The notes: generated by a model not told the origin, from the sequence alone. 32,000 nucleotides of DNA from Nanoarchaeum equitans Kin4-M (GCA_000008085.1 AE017199.1:90001-122000); one strand, 5' to 3'. Shown: positions 15,115 to 23,551, counted from the first letter of the stretch. Made by a program: numbers and translations.

Positions 15115-16161
15115 TTATTGTATTAGTTTAAGGGCTTTCTGCCAGTCCTTCCTATCGACAAAATAATAATAGCCATACAATTGGTTATCGATGTATTCTA
15201 AATATTTTGCCACTTGCGATACTTCTGTTATCGGTTTTATTTCATTATCATATATTTTTATGTCCTCTATTTTGTTTTTAGAGACTATTCTAATTTTATA
15301 ATAATTGATATTGCTTTTTTCCAATTGCTCTTCCAAATCTTCGTTTTCTTCATTGTATTTAGCGAGAAGCTTAGGTAAATCCCTATTTTCTATTCTTTCC
15401 CATTCCCCTATTTTATAATATTTAAACAATCCAACTAATTCATAATCGTTCATTAATGCTATTTCCATTGGCTTATAATAATCCAACAATTTTGTTATTG
15501 CTCTCTCTAATAAAACATCACCAGCTAAACTAGATTTATGGAAATAAACTGTTTTTCTTAAATGGCTCCTTAATATTAAAATTTGTTCTATCAAAGATAA
15601 GGCTTTCTCTCTAAAAGCATAGGTATTATCGATTTTAACGATATTTTTTATAACATAATGATAATTTATATTTGGATTGCCATTTGCAGAATAATAGGAA
15701 TCTCTTTGCAAATAGTCTAACCTATCTGTGCCTAAGCTAAAAGTAACTATGTTTTCTCCAATAATCCCTTTGTATATCTCATTTATAGTGTAACCTAAAC
15801 TTTCTATTTCTTCTTTCAATGTTTCTAACCAATAGTATGATAATTCCTCATGATTTTTGTTTAGATATTTTTGCAATGCCATTTCCCCTGTATGGGAGAA
15901 TGGGCAATGCCCTATATCATGCAATAAACCAACTAAAGAATAGTATGTTGTATCCAAATCTAATTGGTTTGCTAATAGTTTTGTTAAATAGTATACTCCT
16001 AAAGAATGTTCAAATCTCGTATGGTTCATAGATGGATAAGCCAAATAAGTCAAAGCAGTTTGTTTTATATATCTAAGCCTTTGGAATGCTTTGCTATCTA
16101 TTATAGGTTTTAGTTTGTCATCAACTTCTATAATTCTATATATAGGATCTGCGATTATCAT
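15115..16161 (-). CDS. HD-domain phosphohydrolase (SAMHD1/dGTPase-like, COG1078-type)
   Basis: FQRLRYIKQ...TRFEHSLGV...LLHDIGHCPFSH is the HD signature. The track starts at GTG 16176. ATG 16161-16159 forms an ATGA overlap with the trpS stop codon, so I prefer it; ATG 16170 is also possible. Confidence 0.8.
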   Translation of the reverse strand: MIIADPIYRIIEVDDKLKPIIDSKAFQRLRYIKQTALTYLAYPSMNHTRFEHSLGVYYLTKLLANQLDLDTTYYSLVGLLHDIGHCPFSHTGEMALQKYLNKNHEELSYYWLETLKEEIESLGYTINEIYKGIIGENIVTFSLGTDRLDYLQRDSYYSANGNPNINYHYVIKNIVKIDNTYAFREKALSLIEQILILRSHLRKTVYFHKSSLAGDVLLERAITKLLDYYKPMEIALMNDYELVGLFKYYKIGEWERIENRDLPKLLAKYNEENEDLEEQLEKSNINYYKIRIVSKNKIEDIKIYDNEIKPITEVSQVAKYLEYIDNQLYGYYYFVDRKDWQKALKLIQ

Positions 16162-17291
16162 AATTCCCATTCCCACATTTGTTTAGCTAACTTCCCATCG
16201 TAGAAATATTTATTTATATCTACTTTTTTAGCTTTCTCTTGTAAATCTTTTAAGAAACGCCATATCTTTTCGATAGCGTATTGCTTTAGTTCCCCAGTAG
16301 TTAGTGTGCCTTCTCTATAGGATTGTTCCAACTCTTTCAATTTTTTTGTATCTTCCTCAAACAATGCTTTCAACCAAAAGAACACAACATCTATATCTGG
16401 GTTTCCTCCATATTTTCTATGTAATTCCAAAGTAGGTTGCCCTCCAGAAAAGGCTTTCATTATTTTTCTTTTTACTTCTTCATAGCTATCATCTAAAAAT
16501 ATTGCCGAATCTGGATCGGAAGAGGACATTTTAGTATATGGCCCCCTTAATCCCCAAATCATTTTGCTTAATATTTCTGCAGCTTTGTATTTATTTAGTT
16601 TTGGAGCTATGTCTCTTTGAAGTCTAAAATATGGGTCTTGGTCTATACCTGCAGGTATTAGGGGCCTTTTGTTTTCGAAAAATGTTGGTACTATTTGTAA
16701 TACTGTATAAAATACTAAACCCACAGAAGTGCTATCATTAAACCCAAATACTGCTCTCGCTTGTGATAAATTAATGTGCCTCGCAATTGGTATCGCTGCA
16801 GAGTATAAATGTTTTATATATTCAGAATTAATGAACATAAAAGTTTTGTCTGGGTCGAAGCCCAATGCCGCAATATATTTTGCATGCATTTCTTTTATTT
16901 TTCTTCTAACCTCTTTATAATCATCAACTTTTTTAGCCCAATATTTTTCTTCGTCTGGAAACATTATATATACATTAACATCAAATTTCTCTTGGAACCA
17001 CCTAGTTAATATAAAAGGAACTAAATGTCCTATATGCATTTTCCCTTTGCTTGGAGCTATGCCTGTATATAAAAAGAAGCCTCTTCCTTCTTCGTAGTCC
17101 TTTAATACCAAATCTAAATCTCTATGGGCATAAAATATGTTTCTCTCAATCAATGGGTGCAATTCCTTTGTATATTCTTTTAGTTTTTCCTTTAATTTTT
17201 CATCGATAGGTTTTACCCCAAAAATTTCTATTAATCTTTGGTAGTCGCTTTCATCTTTTATTTGAACCTCCCAGGGAGTAACTTTTGCCAT
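16158..17291 (-). CDS. trpS: Tryptophanyl-tRNA synthetase (archaeal/eukaryal type)
   Basis: Class I motifs GKMHIGHLVP (HIGH) and KMSSSDP (KMSKS). Length is 377 aa. Confidence 0.92.
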   Translation of the reverse strand: MAKVTPWEVQIKDESDYQRLIEIFGVKPIDEKLKEKLKEYTKELHPLIERNIFYAHRDLDLVLKDYEEGRGFFLYTGIAPSKGKMHIGHLVPFILTRWFQEKFDVNVYIMFPDEEKYWAKKVDDYKEVRRKIKEMHAKYIAALGFDPDKTFMFINSEYIKHLYSAAIPIARHINLSQARAVFGFNDSTSVGLVFYTVLQIVPTFFENKRPLIPAGIDQDPYFRLQRDIAPKLNKYKAAEILSKMIWGLRGPYTKMSSSDPDSAIFLDDSYEEVKRKIMKAFSGGQPTLELHRKYGGNPDIDVVFFWLKALFEEDTKKLKELEQSYREGTLTTGELKQYAIEKIWRFLKDLQEKAKKVDINKYFYDGKLAKQMWEWEL

Positions 17292-17309
17292 TCAAAAAAG
17301 ATAAAAAAT

Positions 17310-17317
17310 TTTATAAA
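17310..17317. promoter_or_regulatory. Palindromic bidirectional TATA box (TTTATAAA)
   Basis: Lies in the 28-nt gap between divergent genes. Its edge is 19 nt from the trpS ATG (17291) and 21 nt from ATG 17338 on the + strand. Confidence 0.5.
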
Positions 17318-17319
17318 AA

Positions 17320-17637
17320 ATGTTTTTGTTCCCCAAAATGAAATGTGATTCCTATTGCGCATTTTGGATTATTTTTATAGTTAGCATAATAGTATGGAAT
17401 TTGGCCCCTTTTTATAAAGGGTTGTTAACATTTATATCAATAATTGTTACCCTCTTGTTGATAATAAGATTATTCTATTGGAAAAAAGTGAAACAAATAA
17501 TAAAGCTATATCAAATGCAGGCCAAACTATCTAAAGCTTTGAAAGAAGGCAAAATAAATATGGAAGATCTCGCTAAGGAATTGGATTTATCTATAATGGA
17601 TGAGCTTTTAAAAGATCTCATGAGGAAGAAAAAATGA
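17320..17637 (+). CDS. Small membrane protein (hypothetical)
   Basis: Two hydrophobic helices and a charged C-terminal tail. TATA spacing favours the second ATG (17338, MKCDSYC...) as the true leaderless start. There is a 4-nt overlap with the next gene. Confidence 0.5.
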   Translation: MFLFPKMKCDSYCAFWIIFIVSIIVWNLAPFYKGLLTFISIIVTLLLIIRLFYWKKVKQIIKLYQMQAKLSKALKEGKINMEDLAKELDLSIMDELLKDLMRKKK

Positions 17638-18647
17638 ATTATGAGTATGTTGCTAACAAAATCAAAGAATTGGAAAGCCCAGTATTGGTTATAACTGATA
17701 CCGACCCCGATGGAAAGAGCAGTGCTTTGCTGATGAAAGCTATATTAGATAGGCTAAACAAGCAATACAAAATATATCCTAGGCCTTTCGGGAAAAAAGA
17801 AAAGCAATATGGTTATATAATGAATTTGATACAAAAAGAAAAGCCCAATTCTATTATTATGTTAGATTACCCAATCGATGATAGCACTTTAAACAAAATA
17901 GGGGAAAGTTTTAGCAAACCTATAATATATATAGACCACCACAAAAGAAGTGTTCCTCAATTAAAAGATAACATAGTTTATTTTGACATAAGAGCTCTAA
18001 AATTGGAAATCACTTCTACTTCTGGGGCTGTATATAGAATAGGGAAAGCCCTATTTAACGATTTCGGATTATATAGTAATATAGCTGCGATTGGAGCGAT
18101 AGGCGATTTTATGTTTGACCCAATAATTAAAGAAGACCTAGAAAAATACTATCCCTCTTTGTATCAAAAGGGTTCTATTACTCCCATATTCATTTATTTG
18201 TTTGATTTAATATCCTATTCGCCTTTTGAAGATTTAATGAATTTCCCATTTCCCAAAAATGTAAAAGCAATGGGCAAAACCTTTTTCTATAGGTATAAAA
18301 ATTTGGCTGATGCCGTTAAATACTATGAAAGCGATTGTGTTTTAGTTTATAAAGTGAAAAGCTCTACTAGTTTTGTTTCCACTTATTTAAGTGGTCTATA
18401 CCCAGATAAAATTATTGTAGTGTTTACTAAAGTGGTAACTGGTTTATTAGATAGGTTGCCTTTCGTTAATAGATATTATAGAGCAAGCATCAGAAACCAA
18501 TCTAGAAATTTAGATGTAGGAAAAATAGTAATGCAATATAAAAACAAAATCCAAGGTGGGGGCCACCCAAGGGCAGCAGCAATTATGTTGGAATCAAAAT
18601 ATTTAGACCATTTCATTTCTTATCTAGAGTCGAAATGTAATCAATAA
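17634..18647 (+). CDS. DHH/DHHA1-family phosphoesterase (RecJ-like)
   Basis: DHH motifs VITDTDPDG, IMLDYP, YIDHHK and GAIGDF, plus DHHA1 GGGHPRAAA. Length is 337 aa. Confidence 0.75.
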   Translation: MNYEYVANKIKELESPVLVITDTDPDGKSSALLMKAILDRLNKQYKIYPRPFGKKEKQYGYIMNLIQKEKPNSIIMLDYPIDDSTLNKIGESFSKPIIYIDHHKRSVPQLKDNIVYFDIRALKLEITSTSGAVYRIGKALFNDFGLYSNIAAIGAIGDFMFDPIIKEDLEKYYPSLYQKGSITPIFIYLFDLISYSPFEDLMNFPFPKNVKAMGKTFFYRYKNLADAVKYYESDCVLVYKVKSSTSFVSTYLSGLYPDKIIVVFTKVVTGLLDRLPFVNRYYRASIRNQSRNLDVGKIVMQYKNKIQGGGHPRAAAIMLESKYLDHFISYLESKCNQ

Positions 18648-19071
18648 TTTGGTTAACTATAGTATCAACATCTTTATTGGTAACATCTATTTTTATGTAT
18701 TTTTTTCCAACCAATTCGCTTTCTATTATACCAGCGGTTTGGGCCCAGATATTTTCGAAAATTTTGCTAAAGCTATAGCCCCTCTCTTTTAACCTTTGTT
18801 CTATTATTTTCGGATCTGCTATTAGGTATACTACTAAATCCACATCTAATAGATGGGACAAATGGGAATCGATTACACTATTGTCAGGAATTTCTATATT
18901 TAACATATCGTCTTCTATTATATAGCTATCATAAAACCAATCATATTTTGGTTTGTATTTTTCTATTATTAGCTTATTTAAGTCAATGTATTGATAGCCT
19001 AACTTTTTAGCTAATGCTTTAGCTATTGTTGTTTTTCCTACTCCTGGTATGCCAGTAATAGCAATTTTCAT
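18613..19071 (-). CDS. P-loop nucleoside/nucleotide kinase, AK6/Fap7-like putative adenylate kinase
   Basis: The N-terminus MKIAITGIPGVGKTT is a Walker A motif. Small size (152 aa) and layout are typical of Fap7/AK6-type kinases. The 3' end overlaps the DHH gene by 35 nt. Confidence 0.6.
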   Translation of the reverse strand: MKIAITGIPGVGKTTIAKALAKKLGYQYIDLNKLIIEKYKPKYDWFYDSYIIEDDMLNIEIPDNSVIDSHLSHLLDVDLVVYLIADPKIIEQRLKERGYSFSKIFENIWAQTAGIIESELVGKKYIKIDVTNKDVDTIVNQIIDYISTLDKK

Positions 19072-19802
19072 CTTTTTAAGAAAGACAATAATTTATCAAT
19101 GAATGATTCGCTATAAACGAATTTCTCATTTGTTAACCTTTCAGCTATTCGTTTTATGGCAATAGCCCCTTTTGTTTTTTTATTTTCGATAGTTTGATTT
19201 TTCATTGTATATCTTTTTATGGTTGGATCGTAAGGGATTATTCCTAAAATGCTTGTCTCTAGGAAATCTTCTATTGTTGAAGGGTTAACAGAGCCATCAT
19301 ACATATTAATTATTGCCCCTTTAATAGAGATACCTTTTTGTTCTGCTAAAGCCATGGCCTTTGTTGTATCAACCAAAGAAGAGGCATCTGTAGTAGTAAT
19401 AGCAATCGCTTCGTCTGCTCCTAAAATGCTATAACGCATTTCTCTTCCTAAACCAGGGGCAGTATCAATTATTATATAATCGTAATGCTCTTTTAGGCTT
19501 TCAATTACATCTTTTATTTTTTCTGGGTTTATGCCTTGCAAATCCTTTAATCTAATGCTAGCGGGCAAAACATATAGATTGTCTTTTTTTACTATAGCTT
19601 CGCTTACATTTATGTCTCCTCTTAATACATCATTCAATGTATATAATGGGTTTAATCCTAAAAATATAGCAACATTTGGAGTAGTAAGGTTTCCATCTAT
19701 TAATAAAGTTCTAAACTTTGTGGAAAGGACTTTTGCTAAGTTAACAGATATTGTCGTTTTACCAACCCCACCTTTGCCAGATAATATAGCTATCGCTGGC
19801 AT
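19068..19802 (-). CDS. minD: MinD/ParA-family ATPase
   Basis: Deviant Walker A motif SGKGGVGKTT at the N-terminus, and IIIDTAPG (Walker B-like). Length is 244 aa. Confidence 0.85.
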   Translation of the reverse strand: MPAIAILSGKGGVGKTTISVNLAKVLSTKFRTLLIDGNLTTPNVAIFLGLNPLYTLNDVLRGDINVSEAIVKKDNLYVLPASIRLKDLQGINPEKIKDVIESLKEHYDYIIIDTAPGLGREMRYSILGADEAIAITTTDASSLVDTTKAMALAEQKGISIKGAIINMYDGSVNPSTIEDFLETSILGIIPYDPTIKRYTMKNQTIENKKTKGAIAIKRIAERLTNEKFVYSESFIDKLLSFLKR

Positions 19803-19842
19803 TGGGTTTTTTATATAAAATTTATTCTTAAATATCCTATTT

Positions 19843-20610
19843 CTATTGACTAGTAGTTAAACCTAGCTTGTTTGCCAAATAGCTAATATAATTATACAGG
19901 TTTTCTTCCATTGTAGATTCGAAATAGCTTAAAGCGTATAATATATTGGCAGAACAGCTAGTTAAACATCTTATTTTTAATGAATATATTTTATAAGAGT
20001 TAACGAAAGCACCTAAAACTATTTTATTAGGTTTGCAATACAAAGACCACTCTTTAAACACTGTTAAATTGTAAAAATTATCGTTATTGCTGTTTTCTAT
20101 AGCCCCAGTATTTAATTGGCACCCCTTCATAAATAGGGTTACATTGTATACCTTATCTTGAGGCATTGTAATTTTTATTATATTGTTTTTCTCCTCTATA
20201 GGGATTTCGCTAATTATTCCAGTTCTTTTTCCATATATATAGAAGGGCGAATAGTATACTATATAAAAATCTGCTGTAGTGTTACCAGCAAGTTTACTTT
20301 TATCTATTTCATAATAAAATGCCTCTGTTTTATCTGGGAATACTGTTTTAGGTTGGGGAGTATAAGAGATTTGAGGACTAACTATTGTAAAGTTTATGGG
20401 CAATCTCCCCCTATTGGTTACTAAAAACGTTAGTTTTATTTTATTGTCCTTTATTGGGATTTCACTATACTTTGGAACAGTTATATATAAAAATTTGCTA
20501 AAAGTGGGTTTTGGTTCTATTTTTTTAGGTTTTGTTTGCTGTAATTGTATACAACCGGAGAGCATAAATAATATAATTAGTAGGGGCCACACTGTAGTAT
20601 AAACAATCAT
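19843..20610 (-). CDS. Putative secreted protein or lipoprotein (hypothetical)
   Basis: The N-terminal hydrophobic segment ends in a lipobox-like L-S-G-C (…LIILFMLSGC). The rest is beta-rich and Asn/Tyr-rich with 5 further Cys. No family recognised. Confidence 0.5.
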   Translation of the reverse strand: MIVYTTVWPLLIILFMLSGCIQLQQTKPKKIEPKPTFSKFLYITVPKYSEIPIKDNKIKLTFLVTNRGRLPINFTIVSPQISYTPQPKTVFPDKTEAFYYEIDKSKLAGNTTADFYIVYYSPFYIYGKRTGIISEIPIEEKNNIIKITMPQDKVYNVTLFMKGCQLNTGAIENSNNDNFYNLTVFKEWSLYCKPNKIVLGAFVNSYKIYSLKIRCLTSCSANILYALSYFESTMEENLYNYISYLANKLGLTTSQ

Positions 20611-20642
20611 TATTTAAATACTTGGGAGTGAGAACAAAACCC

Positions 20643-20650
20643 ATTTAAAT
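20643..20650 (+). promoter_or_regulatory. TATA box (ATTTAAAT) for the 20671 gene
   Basis: Ends 21 nt before the ATG at 20671. Confidence 0.45.
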
Positions 20651-20670
20651 GTTGGTAAAAAAATAAAATA

Positions 20671-21036
20671 ATGTTATTCGAGAAAAATAAAAATAAAGAT
20701 GATTTGGCATTCAAATTTTTAGAGGCTATTAAAGAGGAAGCGGAAGAAATCCCAAAAGAAGAGCCAAAACAAGAGGTTAAAGAGAGTGTAAAAGAGAACA
20801 ATATTGAACAAATAGAGAAGCCTTCTTTATTTATACACATTGATGATTATGAAGAGTTGAACAATTTATTAACAGAGATGCAAAAATATTTAGAAGAATT
20901 AAAAAAATTGTTAAATAGCTATAACCAATTACATGAGGAAGAAACCAAATTGTTAGAGGAATGGGGAAACAAAATAGATGATAGCAAAGAGAGAATAGCA
21001 AAGATATTGGAGATTTTGCAAGTGAAAGCTTTTTAA
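20671..21036 (+). CDS. Acidic coiled-coil protein (hypothetical, 121 aa)
   Basis: The ORF has a correctly spaced TATA box. Glu/Lys-rich heptad-like sequence. Its stop codon TAA (21034-21036) lies inside the tRNA-Gly TATA box. Confidence 0.5.
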   Translation: MLFEKNKNKDDLAFKFLEAIKEEAEEIPKEEPKQEVKESVKENNIEQIEKPSLFIHIDDYEELNNLLTEMQKYLEELKKLLNSYNQLHEEETKLLEEWGNKIDDSKERIAKILEILQVKAF

Positions 21037-21038
21037 AA
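21031..21038 (+). promoter_or_regulatory. TATA box for tRNA-Gly (TTTTAAAA)
   Basis: Ends 20 nt before tRNA position +1 (21058). Confidence 0.55.
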
Positions 21039-21057
21039 TAGGAATTCACTATGCCCG

Positions 21058-21129
21058 GCGCCCGTAGTCTAGGGGAAGGACGCCGGCCTGCCAAGCCGGA
21101 GGTCCCGGGTTCGAATCCCGGCGGGCGCA
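21058..21129 (+). tRNA. tRNA-Gly (GCC)
   Basis: Manual fold: acceptor GCGCCCG/CGGGCGC, D arm GTCT-AGGGGAA-GGAC, anticodon arm CCGGC-CTGCCAA-GCCGG, variable loop AGGTC, T arm CCGGG-TTCGAAT-CCCGG, discriminator A. Length is 72 nt with no intron and no encoded CCA. Confidence 0.93.
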
Positions 21130-21269
21130 TTCCTATCTATATTGGTATCCCTAATGCAACATTAGTTAAAGGTTTAGCATTAGAACTAAAAAAGAACGAA
21201 TTGGAATTAACATTAATTTGGACCCAATTAAAAGAGATTAGAGAGAAAAAATTTATAATAGTTCAAAAC

Positions 21270-21551
21270 ATGAAAGAGAAGGCAAAGCAAATACAATCTA
21301 TATTAAAGGTTATAAAAGAGAAGTTGCCTGCAGTAGATAAAAAAGAGATAGAAAAGCTATTTGTTAAAAAAACAGAGAAACAAAAAGAAGCAAAACCCGA
21401 AGTAAAGAAGGAAAAAGAAGAAAAACCAAAAGAAGAGAAAAAAGAGAAGCCAAAAAAGCAGAGCAAAAAGAAAACCAAAACCGATAATATAAATGATTTA
21501 AAAAAACAAATAGAAGAGATAGAAAAAATGTTAGAAGAATTAAAACTCTAA
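21270..21551 (+). CDS. Lys/Glu-rich coiled-coil protein (hypothetical); start uncertain
   Basis: The frame is open from inside the tRNA to TAA at 21549-21551. The part of the track ORF (from 21051) that lies over the tRNA is a translation of the tRNA itself. The first in-frame ATG is 21270 and a TTG lies at 21201. The protein contains a KEKEEKPKEEKKEKPKK low-complexity tract. Confidence 0.4.
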   Translation: MKEKAKQIQSILKVIKEKLPAVDKKEIEKLFVKKTEKQKEAKPEVKKEKEEKPKEEKKEKPKKQSKKKTKTDNINDLKKQIEEIEKMLEELKL

Positions 21552-22301
21552 ATTTACTATTAGTCCATCTCTAGCTGCAATAGTTCTTACATTGGTTCTT
21601 TTTTCAATTATTTCTGCCATTTTTGCTGGCCCCTCTTTTATTATTCTTTTACCGAAATGTGTTAGTATTAACATTTTCGGTTTTGCCAATTTTGCTAACC
21701 TAATAGCATCGTCTAAGCTTAAATGTTTATTGCTAGTAAAACCAAAAGGATACAAGGTATTAGCTATTAAAACATCTACATTTTCGAAAAACTTGGCCAA
21801 TTCCGGAAAATACCTTGTATCTGCAGTATAACCTATTGTTTTATCATTTACTTCTATTTTCATTCCTAATGTATATGGATCTGTATGTTTTGTTCTTATT
21901 GATTTTACTTTTAGATTTTCGTCTTCGTATTCTCTTAGAACTTCGTAATGGTCTAAATAGTTTAAATAATTGCGCCTAACTATTGGGTAGCCAAATTCTG
22001 GGGTTTCTTTTAAAACGCTTTCACTTGCTAATAAAATACCTCTCTTTTTTATACCCCCCAAGGTTATAGCATCTATTACTGCATTAACATCATTGGCATG
22101 GTCTAAATGGACATGGCTAACCAATATATATCTAACCTTTCTTATATCGATGTTATACATTTTTGCCCTAACTAATGCGCCCTCTCCTGGGTCTACATGT
22201 ATATAAGTTTTTCCATTATCTATTATAAAACCGCCTGTCCCTCTAATTTGGGTAGCAAAAACATTTCTACCTCCACCGCTACCTAGGAATATTATACGCA
22301 T
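21540..22301 (-). CDS. Metallo-beta-lactamase-fold hydrolase
   Basis: MRIIFLGSGGG N-terminus and HxHxDH motif (SHVHLDHAND). Length is 253 aa. It could be a nuclease or RNA-processing member of the fold, but I cannot say which. Confidence 0.75.
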   Translation of the reverse strand: MRIIFLGSGGGRNVFATQIRGTGGFIIDNGKTYIHVDPGEGALVRAKMYNIDIRKVRYILVSHVHLDHANDVNAVIDAITLGGIKKRGILLASESVLKETPEFGYPIVRRNYLNYLDHYEVLREYEDENLKVKSIRTKHTDPYTLGMKIEVNDKTIGYTADTRYFPELAKFFENVDVLIANTLYPFGFTSNKHLSLDDAIRLAKLAKPKMLILTHFGKRIIKEGPAKMAEIIEKRTNVRTIAARDGLIVNLEF

Positions 22302-22318
22302 TAGGCACTATAACTCTA

Positions 22319-23551
22319 TTATTTAAGAAATCTTTGAAAGAATAATTTTTTGTCTTTTTCCCCAATTTCGAATTGGCCGAAAGGCCAAGCATAATCTAAT
22401 ATGTCATTTATTTGGCTTTTATCGAGCTTTTTCAATTGTTCTATTGCATATCTTAAATCGCTTCTTAATTCGGTTAATTCGCCCTGGTATAGAATACCTA
22501 CTCTCTTCGTTATTGGTTCGTGTTCTTTTAATTTTTCATACAAGTTTTCTAAAACATATTTAGTAGCAAAATAAATAGAAGGGTGTGCGTGGGCCTTTAT
22601 TATAACATAATCCCATAGCCTATTTTGCCTAATCAAATCTCTTATAAAATTTATTTCGTTTCTAAGAACTAATAAATTATGTTTCGCTATTATGTAAGTT
22701 TTATTTTCCATCCCTTTAAGTTCGCTCGCTTTGTAATCTAGTATATAACTATCTGTTAAATCTTCCAATCTAAATGTTCTGAAAGGAGTTAAAATTCTCT
22801 CCTCTTTCGCGAATAAAGAGTAGGAAGCAGAATCAAATAGATCTGCGCCCAAAGCAACAAACAAAGGCATAATTAATGGATGGCCCAACCCAAATAAATG
22901 GACTGGTCTATCCCTTGGTATATCTAATAATAAGGGCCCTATTATTTTTGCTAAGCTTTCTATTTTATATTGGTTCATATATGGGACTATTCCCCCTATA
23001 GCATATATGTCAATATCTAATTTGGAAACTTCTTCCAAAGCTTTGTATCTTAGATCTAAATATTTGTCTCCCTGTATTGGTCCATTGATTGCAAAATTTG
23101 CCATCTCTATGGCTTGTTTTAGCCTTTCTAATGTTATTTCTAAATCTTTTTTAGCTTCTTCGTATGTTTTACCATAGGAGGGAATATCCAAAATATTACC
23201 TATATCTACCCCAATCTCGTTTTGGAAATAAATAATATCTTCATTTTCTATATCTATATCGCCATATTGCAATAATTGGTATGCTCCTGAATCGGTTTCA
23301 ATAATACCATCGAAGCCCAAAAAATTATGAATACCTTTTTCCATTACTTCTTCTTTTCTTTTAAACAAAATATATGCATTAGTAATTATAGCGTTGAAAC
23401 CCATTTTTTTGATCTCTTTTATGGGCAATTCTTGTTTAAATGGGTTAATAACTGGGAATAGATATGGAGTTTCAATAGTTTTCCCATTTAGTTTTATTTT
23501 TCCAACTTTGCCAGCAGCATCTTTATATTTTATTTCAAACTTTATTTTCAT
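22319..23551 (-). CDS. tgtA: Archaeosine tRNA-guanine transglycosylase catalytic domain (ArcTGT-like), lacking Cys and a PUA domain
   Basis: FEIKYKDAAGKVGKI...TPYLFPV, ETDSGAYQ, LFGLGHP and AKHNLL match the TGT fold. I place the start at ATG 23551, which is 21 nt from TATA 23572-23579. The track start at 23563 is a TTG. Confidence 0.85.
   Translation of the reverse strand: MKIKFEIKYKDAAGKVGKIKLNGKTIETPYLFPVINPFKQELPIKEIKKMGFNAIITNAYILFKRKEEVMEKGIHNFLGFDGIIETDSGAYQLLQYGDIDIENEDIIYFQNEIGVDIGNILDIPSYGKTYEEAKKDLEITLERLKQAIEMANFAINGPIQGDKYLDLRYKALEEVSKLDIDIYAIGGIVPYMNQYKIESLAKIIGPLLLDIPRDRPVHLFGLGHPLIMPLFVALGADLFDSASYSLFAKEERILTPFRTFRLEDLTDSYILDYKASELKGMENKTYIIAKHNLLVLRNEINFIRDLIRQNRLWDYVIIKAHAHPSIYFATKYVLENLYEKLKEHEPITKRVGILYQGELTELRSDLRYAIEQLKKLDKSQINDILDYAWPFGQFEIGEKDKKLFFQRFLK

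Noticed and set aside
21051-21130. N-terminal part of track ORF 21051..21551 (MPGARSLGEGRRPAKPEVPGSNPGGR...) and minus-strand ORF 20831..21130 (MRPPGFEPGTSGLAGRRPS...)
   Set aside because: Both are simply translations of the GC-rich tRNA-Gly gene on the two strands. The Gly/Pro/Arg-rich peptides are the usual artefact of reading through a tRNA.
21038-21136. 8-bp inverted repeat ATAGGAAT / ATTCCTAT flanking tRNA-Gly (21038-21045 and 21129-21136), a possible processing helix or integration scar
   Set aside because: The left arm overlaps the TATA box and lies upstream of the predicted transcription start, so it would not be in the RNA. A single 8-bp A/T-rich match at this distance is plausible by chance. 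No similar repeat flanks the other two tRNAs.
21380-21480. Repetitive aaagaa/gaaaaa purine-rich tract that looks like a tandem DNA repeat
   Set aside because: It is in frame and encodes a Lys/Glu low-complexity segment (KKEKEEKPKEEKKEKPKKQSKKK). There is no regular unit length or spacer structure, so it is neither a CRISPR array nor a satellite.
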